From Nostoc punctiforme PCC 73102 (GTDB lineage: Bacteria; Cyanobacteriota; Cyanobacteriia; Cyanobacteriales; Nostocaceae), in contig NC_010628.1 in NCBI RefSeq assembly GCF_000020025.1, forward strand, positions 7,890,001-7,922,000: DNA of 32,000 nt, written 5' to 3'. Shown here one piece after another: positions 8,933-17,826 of this stretch. The translations under genes and the position numbers were made by a program. Position 1 is the stretch's first letter. The number at the start of each line of letters is the position of its first letter. The notes below the pieces were generated by a model. It searched no databases. It was not told the DNA's origin and saw only the letters and a list, made by a program, of their open reading frames with translations.

Positions 8933-9469
8933 ATGGCTTCTGGACAACTTCAACACGCTATTGGTATATTTCGCGATCGCCAAATTGCACTACAGGCGCT
9001 CGACGAACTCAGAAGTAGTGGCTTTCCGATGAATGAGATTTCTGTAATCACTAAAACACTCAAGCTCAATGAGCAACTTGACAGTTCCGACACGAGTGAA
9101 AGTACTATCACTCCTGCTGAAGGTGCTAGGGCGGGTGGATTAGCAGGTGCTAGGGTGGGAGGTTTACTTACCTTGGTTGCGGGTTTGGGTATTTTGCTTA
9201 TTCCTGGTTTTGGCCCAGCACTAGCAGCGGAGTCTGTTTTAGCCACACTTTTAGGAAGTGGAGCTAGTGCAGCAGCTGGCGGTCTTATTGGCGCGCTGCG
9301 GGGTTGGTTTCTTCCTGAAGAAGCCGCCAAACTCTATAATGACCGAGTATTCCAAGGCGATTATTTAGTGACAATAGAAAGTACAGAAGGCAATATCCAT
9401 CAAGCCGAACCAATTCTGAAGCGTTTTGGTATTCAGGAATGGCGCATTTTTGATATTCCCAGAAGTTGA
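8933..9469 (+). CDS. General-stress-like membrane protein (YflT/DUF1269-like N-domain plus Gly/Ala-rich TM segments)
   Basis: I prefer the internal ATG at 8933, preceded by GGGAGG at 8919-8924. The N-terminus reads MASGQLQHAIGIFRDRQIALQALDELRSSGFPMNEISVITK. The central region GGLAGARVGGLLTLVAGLGILLIPGFGPALAAE is hydrophobic. Confidence 0.6.
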   Translation: MASGQLQHAIGIFRDRQIALQALDELRSSGFPMNEISVITKTLKLNEQLDSSDTSESTITPAEGARAGGLAGARVGGLLTLVAGLGILLIPGFGPALAAESVLATLLGSGASAAAGGLIGALRGWFLPEEAAKLYNDRVFQGDYLVTIESTEGNIHQAEPILKRFGIQEWRIFDIPRS

Positions 9470-9557
9470 ACGTATATCTCTATACAAGCTACACTTTCAT
9501 TACTTTGGTAACTTGTAAAGTGGAATAGGAAGATCAAAGAAAGTATAAAGAGCAGCT

Positions 9558-10235
9558 ATGTACGTACTAATAGGTGGAGCCGGCTTAGTGGGCTTAAGTT
9601 TAGCCCAAAAACTAGTAGAGCTAGGACATACTGTTGCTGTAATTGACGTTGACCCTATTGCTTGTCGTTATGCCCGCGAACAAGTAGGAGCAATGGCTTT
9701 TGAAGGCAGCGCTGTAAGTACAGAAGTATTGCTAGAAGCTGGGATTCGCAAAGCAGGCTCCTTGGCGGCTGTCTTAAGAAGTGATGCTTTAAATTTGGCA
9801 ATGGTAACTCTTGCTAAACACTACGGTGTCACCCATATTTTGAGTCGGATGCGCCACCCCGACTTTGCCGAACCATTGCGGATAGCTGGAGCCAACCATA
9901 TCATCAGTACTGTTGAACTATCAGTTTCAACAATGGTGAATGCCATTGAGTATCCCCAAGTGGAATCAATGATGCATTTTGAGCAAGGACAGATTGAGGT
10001 TCTGAAACTTGCCATCCCAAACAATTGCTATGTTGCCGGTCGTAGTGTTGCCGAAATCGCTCAGGATGCCCGATTTCCTAGTGGTTCGCTAATTATTGGT
10101 TATCAATCCCATCCTCACGAAGATTTGATGATTCCTAATGGCAGTACAATACTGGAACCTCATTCAACAGTGTTGATTGTGACTAAACCAGGATCTTTAC
10201 ATCAAGTTATTGATTTTATTGAACAAAGATGTTGA
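9558..10235 (+). CDS. TrkA-family K+ transport regulatory protein (TrkA-N Rossmann domain plus TrkA-C)
   Basis: 225 aa. The N-terminus MYVLIGGAGLVGLSLAQKLVELGHTVAVIDVD is a GxGxxG NAD-binding motif. The C-terminal segment EVLKLAIPNNCYVAGRSVAEI...STVLIVTKPG resembles TrkA-C. Confidence 0.85.
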   Translation: MYVLIGGAGLVGLSLAQKLVELGHTVAVIDVDPIACRYAREQVGAMAFEGSAVSTEVLLEAGIRKAGSLAAVLRSDALNLAMVTLAKHYGVTHILSRMRHPDFAEPLRIAGANHIISTVELSVSTMVNAIEYPQVESMMHFEQGQIEVLKLAIPNNCYVAGRSVAEIAQDARFPSGSLIIGYQSHPHEDLMIPNGSTILEPHSTVLIVTKPGSLHQVIDFIEQRC

Positions 10236-10307
10236 GCGTAGTCCCGACTGAAACTATTTATTAGGTGGGATTAGCTACAAATGTATAAAAAATGGGTGTA
10301 AATAGTT

Positions 10308-10871
10308 TTGATGAAGCTTTATCCATATATTTTAGCGATCGCTGTTATTTTTCTGGCATCTTGTCAATCAACAAATATTTCACCCAAATCACAACCCGAC
10401 TCTATTCAAGCAACCCCAGTTCAAAAAATAGTAACGCTAGATAAGAATTTTAAGATAGCAAGCGGTCAAACTATTTATGTTCCTGTCTATTCACATATCT
10501 ATCATCACAATAAGCAGGAAATTTTCGAGTTAGCAGTTACACTCAGTATTCGGAATACAGATTTGACCAATCCGATCGTTATTACTTCTGTGCGCTACTA
10601 CAACTCAGAAGGGAAATTAATTAAACAGTATTTGGAACGTCCTATTCAACTTGATGCGCTAGCTTCGACAGATTTTTTTATAAATAGAAATGATACCAGT
10701 GGAGGTTTAGGCGCAAACTTTATTGTTGAGTGGGTAGCCCAAACAGAAATATCCGAACCCATAGTGGAGGCAGTCATGATTGGTACTGACTTCCAACAAG
10801 GAATTTCTTTTATTAGTCCTGGTAGAGCGATCAAAAGTCAAAATAATGATAAGCGATCGTCTTTAAAATAA
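10308..10871 (+). CDS. Lipoprotein, DUF3124-like
   Basis: 187 aa. The signal peptide has a lipobox (AVIFLASC). GQTIYVPVYSHIYH matches my recollection of DUF3124. The family name is tentative. Confidence 0.55.
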   Translation: MMKLYPYILAIAVIFLASCQSTNISPKSQPDSIQATPVQKIVTLDKNFKIASGQTIYVPVYSHIYHHNKQEIFELAVTLSIRNTDLTNPIVITSVRYYNSEGKLIKQYLERPIQLDALASTDFFINRNDTSGGLGANFIVEWVAQTEISEPIVEAVMIGTDFQQGISFISPGRAIKSQNNDKRSSLK

Positions 10872-11123
10872 TTTGTAATGATGCTCTCTACAAGACTTTA
10901 AAAGCATAGCTTGCTTTTCTGTAAGAGTACGCAAAGTCCAACATAATTCGGAAGTTTCTCGTTCCCCTACTCCGCATCAGAATGCATTCATTGAGTCTAT
11001 GACTCAATCTCTAGGTAAAGGCAATACAGTTCAGATAAGCCCAAAATCCTCATGTAGAGACGCGATTTATCGCGTCTTGAAAGACCAATCATCTACACCC
11101 ATAACCCTTAATTGAAACGTATT

Positions 11124-11186
11124 GGTTCATCAACGAAGCTCCGAGGTTCATCGACAAAGCTCAGAGGTTCGTCAACAAAGCTCAGA
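11124..11186. repeat. Three tandem copies of a 21-bp unit
   Basis: The copies are ggttcatcaacgaagctccga, ggttcatcgacaaagctcaga and ggttcgtcaacaaagctcaga. The tract is intergenic, between convergent genes. Confidence 0.9.
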
Positions 11187-11194
11187 CTATTCTC

Positions 11195-11245
11195 CATGCC
11201 CCATGCCCCATGCCCCATGCCCTATGCCCAATTCCCAATCCCCCA
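11195..11245. repeat. STRR heptamer tract: about seven copies of CCCCATG and variants
   Basis: Read directly: catgccc catgccc catgccc catgccc tatgccc aattccc aatcccc. The tract ends 4 nt before the stop codon of the minus-strand antiporter gene. Confidence 0.9.
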
Positions 11246-11248
11246 CAT

Positions 11249-12802
11249 TTAATCATCATCTAACTTCAACAATTGTTCATCAAGATTTTGTATCCGTCCG
11301 CGCACAATTTCTTCTGAGAGAATTCGCTTCCGCATCGCCTCATTAAGCGCTCCTTTTTCTGCCAGCAGTAAACGGCGGCGAATGGCATCAAGTTTGCCAC
11401 TGCTGTTACTTTTGCCATTTACATCATCAGGACGACGATTATAAAGTTCCCGCAGTGTCTTTTCTGCACCGGCAATTCGCACTTGATAAGCTGAACGCAT
11501 CTCTTCATAAACAGCTTTTGGTAGTACACCTGATTTCAACAAGCTATCTAATTCATCTTGTGCGGCCTTACCCGTCATCAACTGGGCTTGTAACTCTTCA
11601 ACCTGTTGTTGAACTTCAGAAAATTTAGATAACTGTAAACGTTTTACCACCCAAGGCAAACTTAAACCCTGTCCAACTAACGACACCAGCACACTACCAA
11701 AAACTAAAGCGATGAGAACATCTCGCCCTGGTAATGTTTCTGGTAAACTCAATGCCAGAGCCATCGAGAGCGAACCTTTGATATTACCTAAAAAGAGTAA
11801 ATGTTGCCAGCGCAACGGAATTGGACGGTCAATCAAACGAATCCCTGCTAGCAACGGATAGACTGTCAGAACTCGCCCAACTTGATAAGCCAAAACTGCA
11901 AATATAATTGCAGGTAAAGTTCTCCAGAGCGTTACCAGGTCTATTTCTACACCAATTAACAGAAAAATAAAGGTGTTGACGGTAAAACTGGCATACTCCC
12001 AAAAACTCAACAAAGTGATGCGACTAGAAGCAGAAGTATTTTGAGAAAGCCCTAAATTCCCGAAAATTAATCCAGCGACAACTACAGCCACCGCACCCGA
12101 TACACCAAGAAATTGCCCAACCTGAAAAGTTCCCAATGCAACTGCAACTGTTAGTAATAAGCTGCTAAGGGCATCATCCAAACGGGCGAATACAGGTATG
12201 CTCAAGTAGCCCAAGACTAACCCTACCAGGCAGCCTCCTAAAGAGATAAATAGCAGTTGTTGGATTCCCTCTACAAATGTGAGTGAACCTGTAGAATATA
12301 CTTGCAAAATTAGGTTGAATGAAACTAGGGCAGCTGCATCATTAAATAAAGTTTCTCCTTCAACGATGGTGGAAAGCCGGGAGGGTACTGGTATTTCCTT
12401 AAAGACGGCAATCATGGAAACTGTATCAGTATTTGCCAGAATTACTCCGACAAATAACGCAGGTATCCAACTCAGCCCCAGCCCAAATTTTAGTAAGGCG
12501 GCAATAATTCCACTGGAAAGCACAGCCCCAGGCCCAGCTAGCAGGGCAATTGGTTTAAAGGTGCTGCGTAGGCGGCTGACATCTGTATTAATGCCAGCTT
12601 CAAAGATGAGAATTGGCAAGAAAAGATTTAAAACAAGGGTTGGATTTAAACCAATCGGACGAGATAATAGCTCAGTGATTGGTAAACCTGCCAATACTAA
12701 ACCCGTGACATAAGGGATTCGCAACCGTCGGGATAGCAAAGCTACTCCTGTAGCAAGGAGCAAAAGAATAATTGAAACTTTGACTAATTCGGTAACATCC
12801 AC
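11249..12802 (-). CDS. Na+/H+ antiporter, CPA1 (NhaP-type) with a cytoplasmic helical C-terminal tail
   Basis: 517 aa with about 12 TM helices. It carries ILANTDTVSM and GETLFNDAAALVSFNL motifs. The tail is a ~110-aa coiled-coil-like segment. Confidence 0.85.
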   Translation of the reverse strand: MDVTELVKVSIILLLLATGVALLSRRLRIPYVTGLVLAGLPITELLSRPIGLNPTLVLNLFLPILIFEAGINTDVSRLRSTFKPIALLAGPGAVLSSGIIAALLKFGLGLSWIPALFVGVILANTDTVSMIAVFKEIPVPSRLSTIVEGETLFNDAAALVSFNLILQVYSTGSLTFVEGIQQLLFISLGGCLVGLVLGYLSIPVFARLDDALSSLLLTVAVALGTFQVGQFLGVSGAVAVVVAGLIFGNLGLSQNTSASSRITLLSFWEYASFTVNTFIFLLIGVEIDLVTLWRTLPAIIFAVLAYQVGRVLTVYPLLAGIRLIDRPIPLRWQHLLFLGNIKGSLSMALALSLPETLPGRDVLIALVFGSVLVSLVGQGLSLPWVVKRLQLSKFSEVQQQVEELQAQLMTGKAAQDELDSLLKSGVLPKAVYEEMRSAYQVRIAGAEKTLRELYNRRPDDVNGKSNSSGKLDAIRRRLLLAEKGALNEAMRKRILSEEIVRGRIQNLDEQLLKLDDD

Positions 12803-12966
12803 TATTACAATCTAAAGCGATTTGGACTTCACTGATAGATTCTCACGTTACTGCTGCCAAATTAGCAACTTTAGGAAACTCCAAAAAATAAATTATCCAA
12901 TTTCTGAATTTCACTACGAATTTCCCTCCCCCTGCCCCCTTCCCCCTGCCCTTAATTGGAAGTTCC

Positions 12967-14028
12967 TTAAGGTGTGGGTTCCGAACTTCTAATTTCCTCT
13001 ACTTCACTAACTTCAAAAATTAAAGTGAATGGTTGCCCCATCTCTTTTTTAATAAATTTTTCTAATAATTCTACTTGCCGAGGTGTCACAGGTTCCCTTG
13101 CCCGGACACTTAAACGGACTTCTGGGGGATTTGCCAACCAATTGGTATTACTGTTAAGTAACTGCAATCGCCCAAAGGTGACAGTTCGGTTCAATAATGC
13201 TTTTCGCAAGCTGGTTTCTAGTTGCGCTTGTCGTACAAGCCGCGCAAAGCTGACTCCCAAAGGAATTAGCAGGATAGCTGTCAAAGCCATAGTCCAAATT
13301 AGGGGTTGACGGGCCCGCGCCATTGAAGTGTAACCTGCTACCACAAATGTCACCATACAGGAGAGGGCAATACCTAGCAAGTTGGTGAGATAAAGTAGGG
13401 TTGCCCCGAAACTGAGTGACCAATTCCCTTGTGCCAAGCCTAAGCCAATCACACAGACAGGAGGCATGAGGGCAACAGCGATCGCAGTTCCCGCTAAACT
13501 ACCAGAGATTTTCGTCTCAATTTTGGCATAGCCACTAATACCACCAGCCACTACCGCAATTCCCAAATCTAGCAATGTGGGTCTAGATCGAGCCAGTACC
13601 TCGCTACCGTAACTAGGCAACCCCACGAGCCAGCCCAGAGTCGAGGCGATCGCTATTGCTAATAGTGTGCCTATTACTACAGCAACTACTCCCTTGCGAA
13701 ACAAAGTAATATCTGCTTGCAAAGCACCAAAAGCTAACCCGCGAATCGGCAACATTAGAGGGGCAATAATCATCGCACCGATAATCACAGCTGCACTGTT
13801 AGACAATAAACCTAAAGTTGCGATCGCACAGGAGCTAATAATCAAAATTATGTAAGCTGAGTCTAAGGCTGATTCTGCCAGCAAATCTGTTTGTAGTTTT
13901 TGAAGTTGTTCCGGCTGCGAACCCCGGCGGCGGAAATTTTTAAAGCGGTCTCGAATGTTATTACCCAAGACCTTCCTCCTGAATGCTCGGTTATCTCTAA
14001 TTAAAGTTTCCCATTGAATCGGTGTCAT
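12967..14028 (-). CDS. DUF389 / TIGR00341-like integral membrane protein
   Basis: 353 aa. VIIGAMIIAPLMLPIRGLAFG matches the DUF389 signature as I recall it. It has multiple TM helices and a soluble C-terminal domain. Confidence 0.65.
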   Translation of the reverse strand: MTPIQWETLIRDNRAFRRKVLGNNIRDRFKNFRRRGSQPEQLQKLQTDLLAESALDSAYIILIISSCAIATLGLLSNSAAVIIGAMIIAPLMLPIRGLAFGALQADITLFRKGVVAVVIGTLLAIAIASTLGWLVGLPSYGSEVLARSRPTLLDLGIAVVAGGISGYAKIETKISGSLAGTAIAVALMPPVCVIGLGLAQGNWSLSFGATLLYLTNLLGIALSCMVTFVVAGYTSMARARQPLIWTMALTAILLIPLGVSFARLVRQAQLETSLRKALLNRTVTFGRLQLLNSNTNWLANPPEVRLSVRAREPVTPRQVELLEKFIKKEMGQPFTLIFEVSEVEEIRSSEPTP

Positions 14029-14079
14029 CTGAAAATAGTCAGATGATGATAAATGTAAAACTATACCAGGAATTTACTT

Positions 14080-15627
14080 ATGGTGGTTGAATCAGCGATC
14101 GCAGAGGAAGTTATTACAAATAATCTCAAGCAGTTTCTTTTGGTACTTTCGGTGTCTCTGGGTGTGGCAACATTACCGCAGGTATTTAGCTGGTTTCGCA
14201 ATATCCCTTACACCTTGCTACTGGTGATTGTCGGGTTAGGTTTGGCCTTTGTTGATGTTCGTTTAGTAACCCTTTCCCCGGAATTAATTTTGTTCATTTT
14301 TTTACCACCGCTGCTATTTGAAGCTGCATGGAATTTGAAATGGTCAGAACTGAAGCGGGATTTAGTACCAATTTGCTTGTATGCAGTGTTTGGGGTGGTA
14401 ATTGCGATCGCCGGGGTAGCGATCGCTCTCAATCAATTCATTGGTATTTCTCTAACTACAGCTTTACTCATCGCCGCCAGCCTATCTGCAACCGATCCTG
14501 TTTCTGTCACCGCTTTGTTCCGTCAACTCGGCGTAGGTAGTCGTCTTACCACTTTAATGGAAGGCGAAAGCTTATTCAATGATGGTATGGCTGTAGTTGC
14601 CTTTAGTTTTGTGGTGGCCTTATCTTTGGGAACTGTCGAATTGGAATTCCAGCCCATCTTATTGCAGTTATTTACAGTTGTTGGCATCGGTGTAGGAGTG
14701 GGGGCTTTCATTGGATTTGGGATTTCCTACCTCACCCAGCGCTTCGATTTGCCCTTAGTAGAACAATCCTTAACCCTAGTTTCCGCTTACGGCACTTACC
14801 TAATTATTGAAGACTTAGGTGGTTCTGGGGTAATTGGAGTTGTCACCACAGGTTTGATTTTAGGCAACTTTGGCTCTCGTATTGGTATGAATCCCCGCAC
14901 CCGGATTATTGTCTCCGAATTTTGGGAATTTTTGGCGTTCTTTGTTAACTCAATTGTCTTTTTGCTGATTGGCGACCAAATACGCTTTGCTAGTTTGGGC
15001 GAAAACTTGCAAATCATTATAGTGACAGTGATAGCAATGATTTTGATGCGGGCAGTTGCTCTTTTGATTCTCAGCAAATTGAGTACTAGCATCACCAGAT
15101 CGGATATTTCTTTACCAGAACAAACGATCCTATGGTGGGGCGGGTTACGCGGTTCCGTTTCCATTGCCCTGGCATTAAGTGTATCGACTATACTGCCAGA
15201 GCGAGAAAAAATTATTGCAACGGTATTTGGAGTAGTTCTATTTACTCTACTTGTTCAAGGATTGAGCATCAAACCTTTGTTGGAAAAACTCAATTTACTA
15301 GGTGATGCACCCTTACGTGAGGAATATTTAGAATTAGTTGCCCGTCATATTGCCTTAGAACGCGTTTTGCAACACCTCCAAGCAGACAAACGTCCCGGCA
15401 TCGACCCAGAGTTTCGCCGTTATCAGGAGACACTAATCAAAAGTGAACTTGCAGATTTACGGACAAAAATTGACAATTTACAGGATGAATATCCTAATCT
15501 TCAGAGCTTTACAACAGAACAATTCCGAGGAGAACTGCTGGCAATTGAAGCAGATACTTATGCAGAATTTGTTAAGTCTGGTCGGTTAAATAAAGAATTA
15601 GCATCTATGCTTGAGGATGTTTTGTAG
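14080..15627 (+). CDS. Na+/H+ antiporter, CPA1 (NhaP-type), paralog of 11249-12802
   Basis: 515 aa. It carries ASLSATDPVSV and GESLFNDGMAVVAFSF motifs and has the same architecture, including the helical tail. It is divergent from the DUF389 gene across only 51 bp. Confidence 0.85.
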   Translation: MVVESAIAEEVITNNLKQFLLVLSVSLGVATLPQVFSWFRNIPYTLLLVIVGLGLAFVDVRLVTLSPELILFIFLPPLLFEAAWNLKWSELKRDLVPICLYAVFGVVIAIAGVAIALNQFIGISLTTALLIAASLSATDPVSVTALFRQLGVGSRLTTLMEGESLFNDGMAVVAFSFVVALSLGTVELEFQPILLQLFTVVGIGVGVGAFIGFGISYLTQRFDLPLVEQSLTLVSAYGTYLIIEDLGGSGVIGVVTTGLILGNFGSRIGMNPRTRIIVSEFWEFLAFFVNSIVFLLIGDQIRFASLGENLQIIIVTVIAMILMRAVALLILSKLSTSITRSDISLPEQTILWWGGLRGSVSIALALSVSTILPEREKIIATVFGVVLFTLLVQGLSIKPLLEKLNLLGDAPLREEYLELVARHIALERVLQHLQADKRPGIDPEFRRYQETLIKSELADLRTKIDNLQDEYPNLQSFTTEQFRGELLAIEADTYAEFVKSGRLNKELASMLEDVL

Positions 15628-15649
15628 ATTGAGGCTCCCTACTTTTTTA

Positions 15650-16387
15650 CTAATCCCCTTGCGGATGTTCATCCCACAAGGTTGTTATTTCCCGTAAACT
15701 CTGATGATTACCATTACCCAAAATCAGATGATCTAGTACCGGAATGCCCAAAAGCTGCGCCCCTGCTAACAACTGGCGCGTCAATTCTATATCTTCCTGG
15801 CTAGGTTCAAGGTTCCCAGAAGGGTGGTTGTGGGCAACTATTGCCCGCGTTGCGCCTTGACGGATAACTTCCCGGAAAATATCACGGGGAGAAGCTAAGG
15901 TTTCGGTTGCTGTGCCAATGGTAATCACTTGCGTACCCAGCAAGCGATTCTTGACATCTAATAACACCACTGCAAAACGTTCTTGTGTCTGCCACATCAA
16001 ATCTTGACTGAGGGTAGCGGCAGCAGCAAGGGGGCTATCAATCAATGTGCCGTCATTCGGTCGAGATTGAAAAGCGCGTTTGCCCAATTCAATTGCTGCT
16101 AATATACTTGTCGCCTTCGCCGGACCAACACCAGAAATTAGCATCAACTCTGCGGGGCTAACTTCTCGTAAAACCGCCAAAGGATCGCGTTGATGTTTGC
16201 CTAATTCGCTCAAAATAAATTGTCCCAAACCTACAGCAGATAGTTTTCCTGGCCCTTGACCAGTGCCTAAAAGAATTGCGATTAACTCTGCTGTGGCTAA
16301 AATTTTGGCACCATGCGTCATTAATCGCTCACGCGGACGCTCATTTGTAGGTAGGTCGGCAATTCTGAGGCAATAGGTCATAAACAA
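15650..16387 (-). CDS. radC: RadC-family protein (JAB/MPN domain with an N-terminal helix-hairpin-helix region)
   Basis: 245 aa. NERPRERL lies near the N-terminus, an [10 protein letters not shown] HhH motif follows, and the metalloprotease signature is [20 protein letters not shown]. Confidence 0.9.
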
Positions 16388-16598
16388 AGAAAATCGTCAC
16401 CACACATCAAACTATCCTTAGTTATCCCTCGTTTGCTGTCAAAATCACCTTTATTTGAGAAAATCTTTAATCTTGGTAAGTTTATATCGGTAATTTCATT
16501 TGCAACTTTCAAAGTGGAAACTAAAAATAATATGATTTAGGGCGATGCCTACGGCGGTAAACTACGCTATGTTCGTTAAACACCTCCATCTTCGCTGA

Positions 16599-17540
16599 TT
16601 ATTGATAAATTTGCGTTGCTTTGAGCATGTGGTAGGTAATGATTAGCTGGGTGAGAGCTAGGGGGTAACTTTGCAATGTCTCTCCAGTTGTACCAGCAAT
16701 TTTACCCAGTTCGGGATTACTTTCGCGATCGCAAATATTTCGGAGATGGGGCATATCAGAACAAATAATATGCTCTAGCTTATTCACCTGTTCTAAGGTG
16801 GCATGACCATCAACTTCTAAGACATCTACCGGCTTACACATATCCCTGTCTAGCCCCAGGCGGATGGCTGAGTCAGAATTACCATAGCTAGAATTGGTAA
16901 TTACGGTGAAATCTGGATGGGGAATTGTCGGACGCAGTACCAATCGGACATTTAGGTGTCCATTGGTTTCATCATCTTCATCAGTTGGTGGATAGAAACT
17001 GATGACTATATCAGACCATTGCCTTTGTGGACGAATAAACTGGGCTGAATCTGGTTCGCGCTTTTCTAATTCTGCTAGCACCTGTTCAGGTGTGTACCCC
17101 CGCTTTTGCGTATCTCGCTTGACTTTCCACCTAGCACGTAATTCTTCAGGAGGCGCAAGGTAGACTTTCACATCGTAAGAATCACGGGCGGCACGAGTAG
17201 AATAACCGAGTAATCCTTCAATAATGACGAATTTACTTGGCTTGATATACTTAGGTGCCTCAAATGTCCCTGTTTTATGGCTATAAACTGGCTTGAGAAT
17301 GGGCTGTCCGGTGCGTAGCAGCGACAGGTGTTGCTGCATAATATCTAGATGGTTGCAGTCTGGGTGGAGGGCAGTGATGCCAATTTCTGCACGTTGTTGG
17401 CGATCGTAACGGTGGTAATCATCTGTACAGATGATTGTGACATTTTCTGGGCCGAGTGCCTGAGCGATTCCCCGCGTTAGTGTTGTTTTCCCAGCAGCGC
17501 TGTCGCCGACAATACCAAGAATTATTGGACGGCTCATCAT
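16599..17540 (-). CDS. Phosphoribulokinase/uridine-kinase family protein (PRK-like paralog)
   Basis: 313 aa. The P-loop is GIVGDSAAGKTTL. ICTDDYHRYDR, KPVYSHKTGTF, IIEGLL and VLEVDGHATLEQV parallel cyanobacterial PRK. The P-loop Cys of the canonical redox-regulated PRK (GDSGCGKST) is absent. Confidence 0.8.
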   Translation of the reverse strand: MMSRPIILGIVGDSAAGKTTLTRGIAQALGPENVTIICTDDYHRYDRQQRAEIGITALHPDCNHLDIMQQHLSLLRTGQPILKPVYSHKTGTFEAPKYIKPSKFVIIEGLLGYSTRAARDSYDVKVYLAPPEELRARWKVKRDTQKRGYTPEQVLAELEKREPDSAQFIRPQRQWSDIVISFYPPTDEDDETNGHLNVRLVLRPTIPHPDFTVITNSSYGNSDSAIRLGLDRDMCKPVDVLEVDGHATLEQVNKLEHIICSDMPHLRNICDRESNPELGKIAGTTGETLQSYPLALTQLIITYHMLKATQIYQ

Positions 17541-17826
17541 ACCTCCCAGAATAAAAGTAAGTTTATTAATACAATTTCCCTACAATAGTTTTAATTCTAG
17601 AAGGGTTTAGGCAAGTAACTCAAGCAAAGCCTTGGTATGCAATATCTCTACATATAAAATATCTGTGCGCTGGTTTATTGCAATCTACATAGCTGATGAG
17701 TCAAAAGAGGCAAGGGGGCGGGGGGCAGGGGGAAAGGGAAAAAGGTTAAAGGGGAAAAAACCTTATATATCGTGTCTTTCACTCCTTTTTCCCTTTAACA
17801 TCATTTTTTCCTGAGCGGTATCACTA

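Noticed and set aside
8700-9330. ORFs 8700-8891(+), 8797-9018(+) and 8950-9330(-)
   Set aside because: The first two read through the MITE-like and heptamer repeats. The third is the Ala/Pro-rich antisense shadow of the Gly/Ala-rich stress-protein gene.
11124-11245. Possible CRISPR array
   Set aside because: The repeats are directly tandem (21-mers and 7-mers) with no unique spacers, and no cas genes are nearby. No other candidate array exists in the window.
11122-11346. 74-aa ORF (MVHQRSSEVHRQSSEVRQQSS...PCPMPHAPCPMP)
   Set aside because: Its sequence is simply the translation of the 21-bp tandem repeats and the CCCCATG heptamers, and it overlaps the 3' end of the antiporter gene.
12279-15164. 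Antisense or alternative-frame ORFs inside the antiporter and DUF389 genes (12279-12713, 12974-13309, 13154-13423, 13667-13855, 14208-14432, 14328-14540, 14523-14711, 14796-15164)
   Set aside because: All are shadows of long membrane-protein ORFs with clear motifs.
15650-16387. RadC as a marker of a mobile element or anti-restriction module
   Set aside because: It is the full-length form with the HhH N-domain. It sits between core genes with host-like composition and HIP1 sites, and it has no adjacent mobile-element genes.
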